A stretch of 58,879 bases of DNA, filler included, from Sphacelaria rigidula (lineage: Eukaryota), in NCBI GenBank assembly GCA_964200075.2. It is 7 parts of 7 records of this genome, joined end to end, with 100 filler letters (N's around TTAATTAATTAA, not from the genome) between each part and the next. Parts side by side here need not be neighbours in the genome. Positions count along the whole stretch, not along the records: positions 25,279 to 33,604 come from CAXNAA020011515.1; positions 33,705 to 42,029 come from CAXNAA020011516.1; 5 more parts are not named here. One strand, written 5' to 3'. Every line of letters starts with the position of its first letter. The first letter of the stretch is position 1. This document shows, piece by piece, positions 25,778 to 38,647 of this stretch. The position numbers were made by a program, and so were the translations under genes. The notes below the pieces were generated by a model. That model saw only the letters and a program-made list of their open reading frames with translations, made no database searches and was not told the DNA's origin.

Positions 25778-26844
25778 CCGATAAACTCAGATGCCGGAGG
25801 ACATTTTCCGAAAAAATTCCTGATTTTTTTCCCAATAATTTTGTTGCAAGACATTGATCAGTAAGCACTGACAAAAATCTAAAGGTCTGGTGGGCTTTGC
25901 GGGGTTTATATAAAATTCGCTTCTGCTCCTTGCCCTCTCTGTCCCGATGCCCTCAAGTCTCCATGCCAAGGATCTCTGTTCACGGCCGCTGACCGCATCC
26001 GCCAGCGCTTCGGCAGTAAACCAGGGGACAGATGGCTGGGTGCCCCCCCCCCCCCCCCCCCCCCAAAAACTCAAATTTTCGATCTTGGAGCCTTCATGTC
26101 CAGATTTGTTTTTAGGCTGCCCCCTGCTTGAGCTAAAAGAAGACGAATCAAGATGAACTTTATGCGCGCATGCGGAACTAAAGCCTGAATAAGCCACGCA
26201 TCTTGAATCTGACGGCCCGGCTTTATATAGCCCATGATATGGTGCATATCTTGTCCGAACGCAACTGTCACCGGTAACTTCCGAGTCGATGAACCTGACG
26301 ACCCGGCGGAAGCCAATGTTCATCTTGGTCCCCTGCCTGTGCTTATTTCTCAATTGCTTTCGTTGAGGACGGCGGATTGGTCGGGGGACTACTTTGAGGG
26401 GCGGAGTTCAACACCCCAGTCCTCTTTGGCGACGTGTGTGATCGGAGCGCTCTTTTTCACAATATGTGCTACGATCTGAATGTATCGGGCCGTCACCGAG
26501 CACATCCCGCGCCCAGCAAAAAATTCACTCATCTTTGTTTGCAGATTTCGAGGTTGAGCTTGGGAAGCACTTGAAAAAAAGTCCAACCCGTCACGTGTCA
26601 GCGGCGTGGAGGTGTATGCAGCGTCTGAATGGGGAGAGCATCGCTAGAACTCACGATTTCTCCATGTTGAGGACGTAGAAATTATATAGTCAAGTGTCTC
26701 CAAGGAAACGAATAAAAGCGTTTTATGGTCGGACTCCTTTTTTCATTTTTCGCCATGACCTTCAAACCTCCACCCGTGCAAGACCCGTGGCGCTGATACG
26801 TACGGCACTGCTGCCACGAGCGTCAGCCGTGGCTCACCACTGGC

Positions 26845-26851
26845 TATTATT

Positions 26852-26922
<71 letters not shown>

Positions 26923-27030
26923 CATCCTCATTTTTATCATCCTCATTTTTATCATTATTATTATAGTAGTATTACTATTGCTTTTATTATCACTATTCTA
27001 ATGAATTATCATCATTATCATCATTATCAT
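26845..27030. repeat. (ATT)n/(ATC)n microsatellite
   Basis: Direct inspection. Confidence 0.95.
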
Positions 27031-29852
27031 CAACAGCTGTATGTGTAGCGTAATTGTCTCTCTGCTCCATACTTTACTTAGTACACACGTGACGTATAAA
27101 TGCATACTCGATCCAAGTAGAAAATGATGTATTTCGGAACAGTTTTCCGATGTGTGCACAAAGTTGAACAAACTTGACCTTTTGCGTCCCTCGCTGGACA
27201 GAACTAGTCCGAGTTTACCGGGGTGATATTTTAGCTGCGCCTATGAGATATGCTGGTGGATTCTTCTGTGGCCTCCCGCCGTAAAAATGGTTGCCGTCGG
27301 TCTCTTCTGTTCCCACATTTTCCTTCTTTGTCGGGGCTTGAAATAATGAGGGGTCTGGTCCGGTGACAGAAGGGGAGGGTTCCCAAAGGGTTAAAACGAC
27401 GATAGCCGTGATATTGCATATGTACATCATATCATTCTTCAAACCGCTTTCCTACACGCAGGTGTCCTTTTATGACGCACGATAGCGCAGCGTTCCACCG
27501 CACCACGGCGCACCAGGTATTAATAGCAGTGTTTGATTCTTCCGTTTCTCTGCGATAAACCGCACTCCCTCGCCACTCTCTAGGAACTTGTCCTTTCTCC
27601 GCACTTTCTCGTTTTCCCTCGCGGAATTTGCCCTTCCTCGGCGGAATTTACTCTGGGACCAGTGGTTTCCCTAGCCGATTGCTTCCCCTTCGTGCCAGGG
27701 AGCTGCTCACCAGAATCTCACCTTTCCCTACTCTGAATGAACGCAACCTGTTTCCACGGCACCCTTCATTTCTGTCTCCTGGGAATATCACACGCGGAAG
27801 GTCCGACACCACTTGAATCTCGCGTTCTACTACTCGGCATCAACGCAACCTGTTTCCGCAGACACACTTCACTTCTCTCTCCTCCTGGGAAAATACCGCG
27901 CGGAAACTCCGACATCAATGACGTGCCGTAGCCGTTTGACGTTTTCATCGTGGAAATTGAGACGAGGGAATCCGGTAGCGGTTTGCCTCTCCTTCGTACT
28001 AGTGACGACCACCTGTTTGGCCCGTGAATGAGGGCCTTAGCGACCAAAACTCCGGGGCGACACAGAAAAAAATGAATGAGGAATATCGAAGACGTATCGA
28101 AGACGTCATAGACTGGTCGAACCTGTGCCGAACCTATGCCGAACAGAAAGAACGCTCCCTCCTACGTTACCTAGGTGAAGTATACGATAGCTGTGCTTTT
28201 TTCATCACATATTTCTTGAGACAGGAAGCAAACCGGCCTGTGGCACTACACAGCCCCCCGCACACGCACTACACCTACTCAGTGTGGCGACGGAGTTGCT
28301 CAATTCGCCACAGCGGATCCGAAAAGCCCCAGAACGTTGAAGGAAACGCGTTTTTTAGTACATTTTGTCTTTGGCGCAGCGGTTTGCGAAGTGCTGCGGG
28401 CTCCGCGGCACGCGTCACGGAAACCTGCTGCAACACTCAATAGTTATGGTGTGTGGGAAGCGCACGCATCAAATCGCAGTCCTATCCTCTGCTTCGTTGC
28501 CGCGAAAAATGCGTTGAAACATAGGCACAACATAGTGCAACAAGAGGGACACAACACCAACATGAGCAGCAGCTTCTATCCTCCTCTTGTTGTAACCCTG
28601 TGTACAGGTGTACAGCAAGGTCAGTCACAGTTGTTGTAGAATGTACTAAAGTAATAGTACACTTTGTATGAGCGCCGTCGTCATTTCGAGTGACGCGTGT
28701 ACTTGCGATTGATACTGATTGGCTCATTTAGGTTTCATTTCTTCTGCATTCAACTGACTGTGTAGTTGGTCTGTTCATTTTCCCGATATATAGTGCCCAA
28801 AATCGGACCCCATTCACGGGGCATAACTGTTCACCAGTGAATCAATCTCACGCTTCACTTCTCGGAATTCAGCGCAACCTGTTACCCCGGCACCTCCCGG
28901 AAATTTCCGCATCATTTTTACTTGAAACAGGCCTTGAAATGATTCAGATTAATCAAGAGCCGGTCAAAGGGATCAATTTCGTTTTCATCCCTTCTTTCCA
29001 TAATAGCCGAATATTTGATTGACCCAATTACGCTCTAACTCTAACCTTAACCATAACCCGACATAAGGCAGATCGTGAATACTTAGGCATCGAGGGTGTT
29101 CCACGGCTCTTGTAGTCACCGGATGCTTTGTTCTACGATGCCGATCCAAACCCGTCGACCGCCGGAGGTGACCATCTGTAGAATCGGCCTCATTTTCAGG
29201 CCATTTACGGATGAAGGTGGTGCTGATTTCACGAATGAAAGGATGCAGTCAACAAATGGACACCTCCGGCGGTTAGAGGCTATACTTCATAATCAGCCCC
29301 TTTCTTCACAATATCCGCATATTGTACAGACTAATCCAACTGCACCTCAACACTAACCCCAGCGGTAACCCGAAAAATCGTCTCAAATGTGCTTCCTTTT
29401 TTACTCTGTTCTGCTGCTGCAGTTGCTGCTACTTCTCTACCGCCCATGCAATCTTTTCCAGCACCTCATTCTTATTACCAAACATTGACTCCAACCATTC
29501 GGTAATCAGCCCTCCAGATTTGTGCAAGGTCGTAACCCGTTGCCCGCGAGCATGGGTCATCTCTGGAATCAGCATCAGTTTGACATGAAAGATCACCTCA
29601 TGACCAGATGACCTAGGATAAACAACGTACTCAGCTAATGAGCAGCTACGGCGTTTTCTTCGAAGTATGACCTGTGCCGCTATGCAACGCACGCAATTAT
29701 CACCTGTTCGCGCGAGTCTCACACAAATCATCATTCCTCATTGAATTCCGAACAGATTTGTGCAAGGTCACGCACAGCTCAGGTGATGAGCAAATACGGC
29801 TCGAACTGCGTGTTTTTGTTTTTCGCGGGGGCAATGATTTTCCGAGGTTCAC

Positions 29853-30367
29853 CTTTGATGGTGTTGGGTTGTTTATCAAGTGTAAAGTCTTTGCATGTGT
29901 CCCTGTGAACGGGACACGTATGTTCCTCTTTGGACTACAAACGGGGAAAAAAATCATAATTGCAATTGGCATCATTTTCAAAAGTAAATCGCCACGCACA
30001 TGCTCAGCTGGTGAGCAGCTACGGCTTCTTCTCGAAACTATGACCTTTGCCGTTACGCAACGCTCACAGCTATCACCAGTGCTCATGTATCTTGGCTGTC
30101 GATCCACTGGTCGTGGCAGCGAAGCCGCCGAAACTCTTCTTCATATGTATGTAAACATAAATACTACGGAGCACGCAGCATGGCTCATACCTCTTGATGC
30201 AGTCGTCCCTCTGTCCTTGCATCCGCTTCCCATTTCTTGACAAGTCGATCCGCTTTTCCCTGAGGATTTCTCTTCCACTCTCTGGCCCACTCGGCCCAAC
30301 TCTGTCCGTCGTCAGTCACGTCCGGCAGTAGCCCCGGTGTAACCGTTGCGCTGGGTTCGGTGGAGCC
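29853..30367 (-). CDS. Tentative multi-exon gene or pseudogene of unknown function (candidate exons 30367-30191, 30095-30045, 29934-29853)
   Basis: Phase-compatible AG/GT-bounded segments give ...SWAEWAREWKRNPQGKADRLVKKWEADAR...LHQE|PRYMSTGDSCERCVTAK|SKEEHTCPVHRDTC...; some donors weak, introns short. Confidence 0.35.
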
Positions 30368-31972
30368 CTGTCATGAATCCCAAGTTAGGGGGGCAATCTC
30401 GCTTCAAGCCCTTCACGGCAGGGACAACTACTGTACAACTGATGTATAGTTGCGCTACAACTACTGATCAGTTGCTCTACGGCTGATAACCAGTTGCCCT
30501 ACAACTAATAACTAGCTGATATACAACTTAATAATCAGTCGCCCGACAGCCAATAACGAGTTGCCGTTGAACAAGTCTCGGATGAAAGTGTGATGGCATC
30601 TTTTCCGAGGGTTCGGTCGGAGAGTGTGACGGCAGGTATTGCAAGGGGTCGGTCGGAACCAGTCATCGCTGGTTCGAGTCACCACATCTATGATCTCTGA
30701 GGTCTGAGGTCTGATTGCTAGAAAAAGAGGGAAAAGTTGATCGCGGGTCCAAAAGTCTCCACGTGGGCATATTTTGGCGCTATTCCACGCGTCTGGGGTG
30801 CGCATAACTGGGGCAACGCTGAAAACAAAATGCAGGATGAATTCATGCTGTACGAATCAGATTTACTAAACGCAAGTAATTTTCAGACCAAACACTACTT
30901 GTCCGATCCTTGGTCTACTCGTCTGTACACAACTCCTGGATAGATATCCCTAGGATAACTGTAGATAAGCTCTCGGGACCAAAATATCAGGCCTGAAAAT
31001 GCCTGAATAAAAATTTTAGGGGTAAACTCTGTAGATAAAACTCTCGGGGTGTGAATGAAAAAACAAGATGAGACCAAAACGCCATCTGTATATTGTACAA
31101 ACTCTCGGATGCAAAAAACAACTAAGCCAACTACGTCAGTCGTCGAGCGAAAAAGGCGCCTAGGCAAAAAATTTACTGAAAGTTGTACTCAATTGCCATA
31201 TTGATAGCTGTTCAGGGCGTGAAACCCTTCGACTTCCACGCCATACCCGGTTTTCGAGCAGGCCCACGTATGTACGTGCACAATTTCAATCTCTTTTACG
31301 AACTAAAATTTCAATATTTTCCTGTCCGGGAGGGCCTTGCAGTGAAGATCCGAAAGATTCGACGCCACACGGTCGACGCATTCTCACCCCTTCCTCCACT
31401 TTCCACTCGCCCTCCAGACCCATGCCCGCGGATTCGCCCCGTTGCGATTCTGATGGTCCCGCGTTCGCCGCTGCCGCCGCATCTTCCGCTGCAATATCGT
31501 CATTTTCCACAGCTCGAGGCACTCGTATCCTGCAGTGAGATATGAGATCGTGACCATGGGCAATGTTAGTACAATCGAGAGGCCTCTCTCCAGCTTGCCG
31601 ACTTGTACGCTAAGGTCCAACGCCCTTCGGAGGCAGGTGGAGTACTCACGAACGACAAATACAGTAATGATGATGTTCACAAGGCAGTGGGCGCCTACGA
31701 CGGGGGCGTACTCATTCGTTGCTTACCCTGGTCGTCCAACCTTTCACCATGCATCCCTTTTGAGACGGAGCAACAGGGGAAGGTGGAGATAGACCTTTGC
31801 TCTTGATGCTTTCGCACAATGAGCATAAAATATGCATTCTTGTTTTGCGGTCTTGCACACTAAAATCAAGTGATTGTAACGCCTCGGCGGGGCTTCCGCT
31901 TCAAAATGACCCCTTTTTGAACTAGACACATACTGTATGTATGTATATATATATATATATATATTTTTTTTT

Positions 31973-32200
31973 AGGTCGGCCATTTCTTTCTGTGCTTTGC
32001 TTGTGTTGACTTTTTTACTACTTTTTCTTTGATGCGACTTGGTCTGCCAGGTCGTTCTGTTCGACTTTTTGTTTTCTCGTGTTCCTTCTTTTCTTCAAAG
32101 CGTGTTTCTGTTTCGTTTTTGTTGGACACGTCCATTATGAGACCACGACTGGACCCCTGGGGGGTCAGTTAAAATGCGACAATCAATCAATCAATCAATC
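31973..32200 (+). mobile_element. Short 3'-end copy of the (CAAT)n-tailed LINE; related 3' ends near 7250-7393, 7650-7810, 18900-19008, 48130-48248, 50250-50345
   Basis: Closely matches 23003-23226 (GGTCGGCCATTTCTTTCTGTGC...GAGACCACG.CTGGACC..TGGGGGGTCAGTT.AA.TGCGACAATCAATC). Confidence 0.85.
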
Positions 32201-32342
32201 CATAATTGTTCAGGGAAAAAACGCATAAAGCGCGAAGGTCTAGATGAAGATACACGGTGAGGCTGTTGGATAGCCTGACGGCACTTGGGGATCGTTAACT
32301 TCGCGGGAGTATTTTGCTCACGTGTGGATCAGGAAGATCATT

Positions 32343-32720
32343 CAAGGTCTCCTTCTGCAGGGTACGGATATGTTCAGTAGGGTAGGAGATTTCCTCCAGA
32401 ACTTACAGAGCTGTCAGATATCGGTATGGCAGTCTCACAGAACTTACACGACTGTCGGGTACCGGTATGGAAGACTGCAGAACTTACAGAACATGTCGGG
32501 TACGGTATAGGGGTTGTATAGAAACCCTTGCCCGCAACCGGGTATTTCTACAACGGTATACCCGAACCCCGGGAAAGGGCTAAAATTTCGTACGAATCTC
32601 ACAGGAACGTCGGGTACCGGTATGACGGGCTTCCAGAACTCACAGAACTGTCGGGTACCGGCAACACTCAGGTAGATAGCTCGGGTATACCAAAAATCGC
32701 ATCTACAGAACACGACCTTG
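32343..32720. mobile_element. Non-autonomous TIR element with internal ~38-bp repeats (CAGAACTTACAGAACTGTCGGGTACCGGTATG)
   Basis: CAAGGTC...TTCTG / CAGAA...GACCTTG ends; nearby flanks GAAGATCA / GAAGATTA (left copy offset by 2 nt). Confidence 0.65.
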
Positions 32721-35700
32721 GAAGATTACAATGTCAATATTTGATATTATGCACGTTTCCCGTACGCCTCAGACTTCTCGCTGAAGAATATTAGCTGCTG
32801 GATATGGGTGATCGACCAGTACATTCTTCTCTTTTTCGGCACACTATTAACCCTTTTGGGACCGGATCCCCACTACTACAGGGTTGACCCTGTGTTGGTG
32901 AAATAACGAAAAACAAGTCTTCGAGCGACCAGCCCAATCACGGCGAGGCGAAAATTATCGACCAGACCCGAATGACCAGCGCGGAGATTGTTGTCGAGTG
33001 TGATGCCACTGCAAAGATCGTGTGGGGGCCCCTATCCCTGGCCCAGATTAGCCCCTACAGGTTTCCAAGTGTAGGGTGGTCGCAGCTTGGTTTTATGCTA
33101 TTACTTGCACTCAGTATACCGTCCCCGAGTTTTTCCGGAGTGTTTTTTGGGTGCCATTTCTATCCTGAAACGTCGTAATTTACACTGACACAGGGTGGAC
33201 CGGAAAAACCGGCAAGGAGTTTACATGCCACAATGTGGTCATTTTCACAAGGCACAAAATCCGGGTGGCTGTGGAAAGACAAAAGGAGCTACCGTAACGA
33301 ATTATGTGTATCCCTCTACCGATGACTTGCAGTGTGCAGTCCACATGTATGTAGTGGACGGGGATGACAAAGCTGTATATAGGCAGCTGATTTCGGTAGC
33401 TGAGAATTGCCCAGAACGTACAAGGGAGTATGCAGCGGCAGCTGCTGCTTCAGTCGGAGAGGCTTACTACACTGTACTGTACTGTACAATATTGTTGTAT
33501 GCATGCGCGCCGCAACGCTGATACCCTTCGAAGAGAATTTGCCGCATGCAACAAGGGGGAAAATGGCGGCCCACCCCGGCCACAAAGGGCTGTGTGGCAA
33601 GGTGNNNNNNNNNNNNNNNNNNNNNNNNNNNNNNNNNNNNNNNNNNNNTTAATTAATTAANNNNNNNNNNNNNNNNNNNNNNNNNNNNNNNNNNNNNNNN
33701 NNNNCCGAGTGGTCTCGAGTTGTAGAGGAGGGAGCTAGTTCGTATACGACAGCTTGGATCGAAGCACGTCAAGCTACGGAGTTGTTTGCTGTACTTCCTC
33801 TAGAGATCCCCCACTGCCGACCGAGGATCTCTAAAAAGTAACCGGTAGTCCATTCGGGCAGTACACTCGCTGCTGCTTTTCTCCGAACAGCTGTAGTAGT
33901 CGTATATGAGGGTGTCTGGGGTTGTTCTTGTTTCTTTTTGTTTCTGAGCTGAACCCCCAACATGGTGGCCATACTACTCTCCTTGTGTCACCTGTCTTTC
34001 CCTGGTTCTTGTCCTTTATTATCTTCTCTCTTCCTTTCTTTCGGTGTACACTTCTGACAGATCTGGCGTTTGTTGTTTGTTTGTTTTTCCTTTCTTTCTC
34101 TTCTCTCCCCCTCGAACTCGGGGGAGTCACTTCTCACCGGTTTTCGTGGCGTCGCTCTTCTTATTTTTTTTCTTTATTTTGGTGATGTGTCTGGTAAGGC
34201 ATAGCAGGGACAGTATTGGAAAGGCGAGCCTACATCTGTGACCACAGGTTTGCGAGATCGGACTGATGTGCGGAAATAATAATAATTATTATATAGGGAC
34301 TACTTTCGCGGATAGGGGGAGCTGGTACCACATATTCGTACCGCTTGATACAGTGCAACCACACAACTTGCGGGACTTTTGCAATGACCGGCTAAATCAT
34401 ACTCGAGAGGTTAGCTTGTGCACAGATCCTGCACGAATCAGGTGTCGACTCTTCGTGATTATTTATCTTGATGTGTAACCGATTCCAGAACAAGCGGAAC
34501 TGGGGCATGCCACGCCATGCAGCAGAGTACCCACATCGGAAGCACATCCTGTACGTGCGTATAGGGGAAGGTGAGCAAATGACATCGAGCGCGCATCCTT
34601 CGGGCCAACATACACTGCACAAAATACAAGTACAGCGTACACGGCACTTTATAGAGGTCAATGGAAACATGAAGGGCGACTCTGCCGTCGGTAGTGGCTT
34701 GCGACGTGCCACTGAATTCGGCCACGAAGTTTCAAAACACTCGCGGTTGCGAACGGTGGACAAGCATATGCCATGCGCATCTCAGCGAAAAGCACGGCGG
34801 GCTTAGATTTGCAATAGGTGATGGGAAATACGGTGCTATTTACAAGAAGGCAGCCATTTCCTCGACGGCCAGGTTCCTAGCTGAACGGCAGTTGGACTGT
34901 CCCTTGGGTTTGCATTTGTCGTTTTGGGTGGAACGATGACACCGACATTGAAACCGGGGGGGATGAGGGGATGTGGCTCGAGAGGACCGTGCCACGCATG
35001 TGCTGCATGGCATAGTTCTTCGTGCCCAAGCGACGGTCAGGTAAATCGGCTCTGGCGCGTGATGACCTCCATGGGCTGTGATTGTGCCAGCAGTACATGC
35101 AGTCATGCATCTACGGGGGTTTCACGAGCCGTGCGCTACTCAGAGATGCACGAAGGGAAGAAACGTGCACCAACCCTACCGTGGCAAAGTGCTGCCAGAC
35201 CGCTAAAAGGCCAACCATTTACACAAGATACATTGGCTGACGCTATCCGCCCATGCCCAACTGGCGTGCATCCACGCTTACAAAGACTGTCTTCTGAATA
35301 CTTGCGCGACTGTTAACGAATGAGAACCCAGAACATTTCGAATGAGCGATGAATGTGTTGACCTTTTGACTGCGAAGCTACCACTTCCCATGAGTCCAAA
35401 TACGCCACAAAGTGAGATTTTGTGACTCGATGTTAATATCAATATTTGAACGCTTCTCAGATAAATTTCATGAAGTCGCCCCTCACTCGAGGGGTAGAGC
35501 GCTTGACACAAAATCGTGGGTGCACCGATGCACACCAAAACAGGTGATACGCGTAGGTGGACCACACGGACGGGTTAGTTCGTTCCGAGAGTGGGTACCA
35601 TGTGCGGCAAGATTTCGCGGACCGCAGCGTGCTGGCTTGTTGCGGAATCGAGAACGACTGCCCACTAGAACAAAGAGGATGAAGGTAGAAGCTGGAGTGC

Positions 35701-36139
35701 ACCCCAAGCTGCGGTGCTATTCCTGTGCAGCATGAACAACGTTGGAGTGCCCCCGTAGAAGCGCGAGCAAGAGTTTCCAAGCTTAACGGCCGGATGGCGA
35801 TGCTCTTGTAATACAGGCCGTAGATTACGCAGTACCAACACTGGTACTTTGAATGTTGTACCAGCGGTACAGTGTTGTCGAACATTTATCTGGGATAGAC
35901 TTTCGGCTCTGTTTGGCAACATGTCGGTATCGAGAATACGACACATTGCTACACACCGCTGCATCGCGACACGTTGTATATCACCCCCTGAATAACACTC
36001 CCCGGTGAACAAGACCCAAGGATCTTACACCACAACTGCGTTGTTGCACTGTTGCAGTGTACTGTGTGATCCCTGAGACCCTATAGTACCTTTGTATCGT
36101 GCGTAGGTTTCATTCCGTGCACCATGTGGAGAATCTTAC

Positions 36140-36304
36140 CGTTTCCGGTGCACAAGATCCAATACCGACAGGACGAGACCCAAGCATAGACTTGCCCGGC
36201 GTTGGGGTCCCCGCCATGGATAACGCAGCAGAGGAAGACTGTCGTTGTCCGGTCCTGCCGCCGCTGCCCCGGATAGAGGGCAACCTTGGTGTCGCCACGA
36301 ACGC
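36140..36304 (-). CDS. fabH: Plastid KAS III exon 2: transit peptide plus start of mature enzyme (AFVATPRLPSIR...MLGSRPVGIGSCAPET)
   Basis: aaatag| acceptor, |gtaaga donor, 165 bp phase 0-0; GSRPVGIGSCAPE matches the FabH N-terminal motif; later exons not found in this contig. Confidence 0.75.
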
Positions 36305-36643
36305 CTATTTTGTTCATCGTAGGAGGCGGAGGGTGGGTGGAGGGTGTGTGTGTGGGGTCGAAGTGACGATTGATTCCTGGTCAAGGCTTCACTTCGTAGA
36401 CCTCCAAGTAACTATACTGTGATGAAGAATGGTGAGTGTGTTTATGCTAGACTGTACAGGTACTGTGCAAGCAAAATATGGCAGCAAGGAAGAAGGACTT
36501 CTGGTTAATGACATATGCAGGTGGTTTGTTCTTACAAGCGGCTCACACAAGTGCCGCTGCAGAGCCGGCGAACGCCCGTCCTGGGAATGGATTTGGGCGC
36601 GCAGACTTTATTCGATTGCTCATACTTACAGTGCACACGTGCC

Positions 36644-36991
36644 GGGCGCCCCGGTGGCTCAGTTGGTAACCTCGAAACCTTGTGACGGTTGGGTCGTGGG
36701 TTCCAATCTTGGAGCGATCTGGGATTTTTATCACACCATGCCCAACAGTGGAGAGCAACTATGTCGTGAGTACACAAAATTCGACCTAACGGTCGACAAG
36801 TGAAAGGGACTGCGGAACCCCTCTCGCGACAAAAAACAAAGGCAATCATCGTAGAAGGAAGGTGGAGTACTGAAAACAAACAAAAAATAAAAAACTCTTG
36901 TGTTGACCTTCCTCCTGTGTGACCCCGGCTGGTGCGCCCTCATATACCGAAAGGTGTAGACCGGCGTCCAGAATAGATGGGATGGCAACAC
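36644..36991 (+). mobile_element. tRNA-derived SINE inside fabH intron 1
   Basis: A box TGGCTCAGTTGG, B-box-like GGTTCCAATC; body and 3' end shared with 48407-48785; degenerate flanking repeat cttacagtgcacacgtg / cttgaagtgcacagtg. Confidence 0.85.
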
Positions 36992-38569
36992 TTGAAGTGC
37001 ACAGTGTAGTGCACAGTGTAGTGCTGTGTACTACTTCGTATTGTACAATTTTCAGATATGACAAAGAAATAGGCACAGGGCGCACAGATGGGGGTAAAAA
37101 TATGAGTGTCGACTTTTTCGACCAATCAGAACCTTTCAATATACCAAGATGCGGTGACATGTCTCCAATCAGATTAGAGGAACGAGTGGCACATGAGCGG
37201 CAAAATGGCTTTGATGGCCCTCACATTGCGCCGCTGCGAGATAGACAACTACGACGATTAATCCCGGAGGACACAGCAGCCCCGTGCTAGCTCAGTTTGT
37301 TTGCTGCAACCTGCACGCACCAGCCGCGCGCGTCTTCCTCGATTACAGCACCCGACTGCAATTGAAGTACCACAGAAGACGCAACGGACAGCTACACAGC
37401 CATGGCGTGATTCTTTTAACTTCGTGTAGACAGGACACCCCAATTTTGTACAGATCGAAACACGGTATACAGCAGTCAGCTGTTCAGGCGCTCTCCAGCG
37501 CACATCACACCACGTTCGCCGTAGAGTGTTCAAATCCACGGCAGCAAACGAGAACCACAGGATAGAAATGATGGGTTCTTACTCGTTTGAGGGAAGAAAA
37601 AACAGCCGACAAACATGTTGTTTTCCATAGTGAGGTACTCGTGTGCGCAGACAGCACTGCGTGCCCATCAGCATAATTTTCTGTAGAGACGCACACTGAA
37701 AATAAACCAGCTCACGCAAATCCCAGCGAAGACCAAACCGCCTTCGCAAAGGTCTGAACATACCTCAGCGCAGGGACGGATACAGCACATGAGAGAGGAC
37801 GTCAGTGTGGCTGTGCTGCAACACAGTGAAACAGGACGTGCCCCCATGTGATAGTTCTCCCCTGATCTTGGACGGGCCCTCAAGTTTTTCCGAGTGTCGA
37901 TTTTTGAATGCTCGGCCATAGTCGCGCTTTGGGGGAAAATCTTTAATCTTTCAATTTCGAGTTACCCGTATCTGTGGGGGGCGTCTAAAAAAATACCCTG
38001 CACCTTCGTGATCCTGGGCCGAAACATATACGCGCAGGGACTCGCTTGCGGAGGCGAGTTCTTCTCGCGGACGTACAAAGTCAGCCGTGGCCGTTTATTT
38101 TAATAGTTTCCAAGGAAGTTGACCGCGTGCTACGTTTCTTTCTTTCTCTGTTCACTGTGAGCGGTTGTCAGGGTTGCATGTGAGACGCTCACCATAATAG
38201 CGACCGACTACTACATGCTACACGCGATGATCATACAGTACAGGTCGAAGCAAACAGCAAAAACGGAGAGGGAAATAGAAGGAAAAATCTGCCCAGTGGA
38301 GCATGCAAGCGCCAGGTGCAGCAGGCTGATAACGGCACGCTACCAGAACTCGTACTATCCACAGAAGCACACGAATACGCACTTACGCACCCACCCACCA
38401 AAAAGTGCTGCACCACCAGTGCAATGTCGCACAACCATTAACAAAGACAACAATATTACTGCCGCCTTCTCACCCTCGCTCTCTCGCTTGACCCAGTCGA
38501 TCGATCGGTTGATACTGTACTCTATATATTGCAGGACGTAGTTTTTCGAATCCAAAGGTGCGCACGAAC

Positions 38570-38647
38570 CTCGGCAACGACGAGAAGGAACACCAACCGT
38601 GCAGTTAGCTGTACCCCGAAACAGACGCTCGCAGTCACGGACGCCAT
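38570..38647 (-). CDS. fabH: Plastid 3-oxoacyl-ACP synthase III (KAS III), exon 1: signal peptide MASVTASVCFGVQLTARLVFLLVVAE
   Basis: ATG, hydrophobic stretch, gag|gttcgt donor; splicing to the next exon creates AEA-FV (ASAFAP-type cleavage site). Confidence 0.72.

Noticed and set aside
32390-32660. CRISPR-like array (also considered 43595-44400 and 57730-57840)
   Set aside because: Repeats are degenerate with no unique constant-length spacers, no cas genes, and a eukaryotic context.
36644-36720. Possible tRNA gene
   Set aside because: No complete cloverleaf by eye; followed by a shared SINE body and tail.
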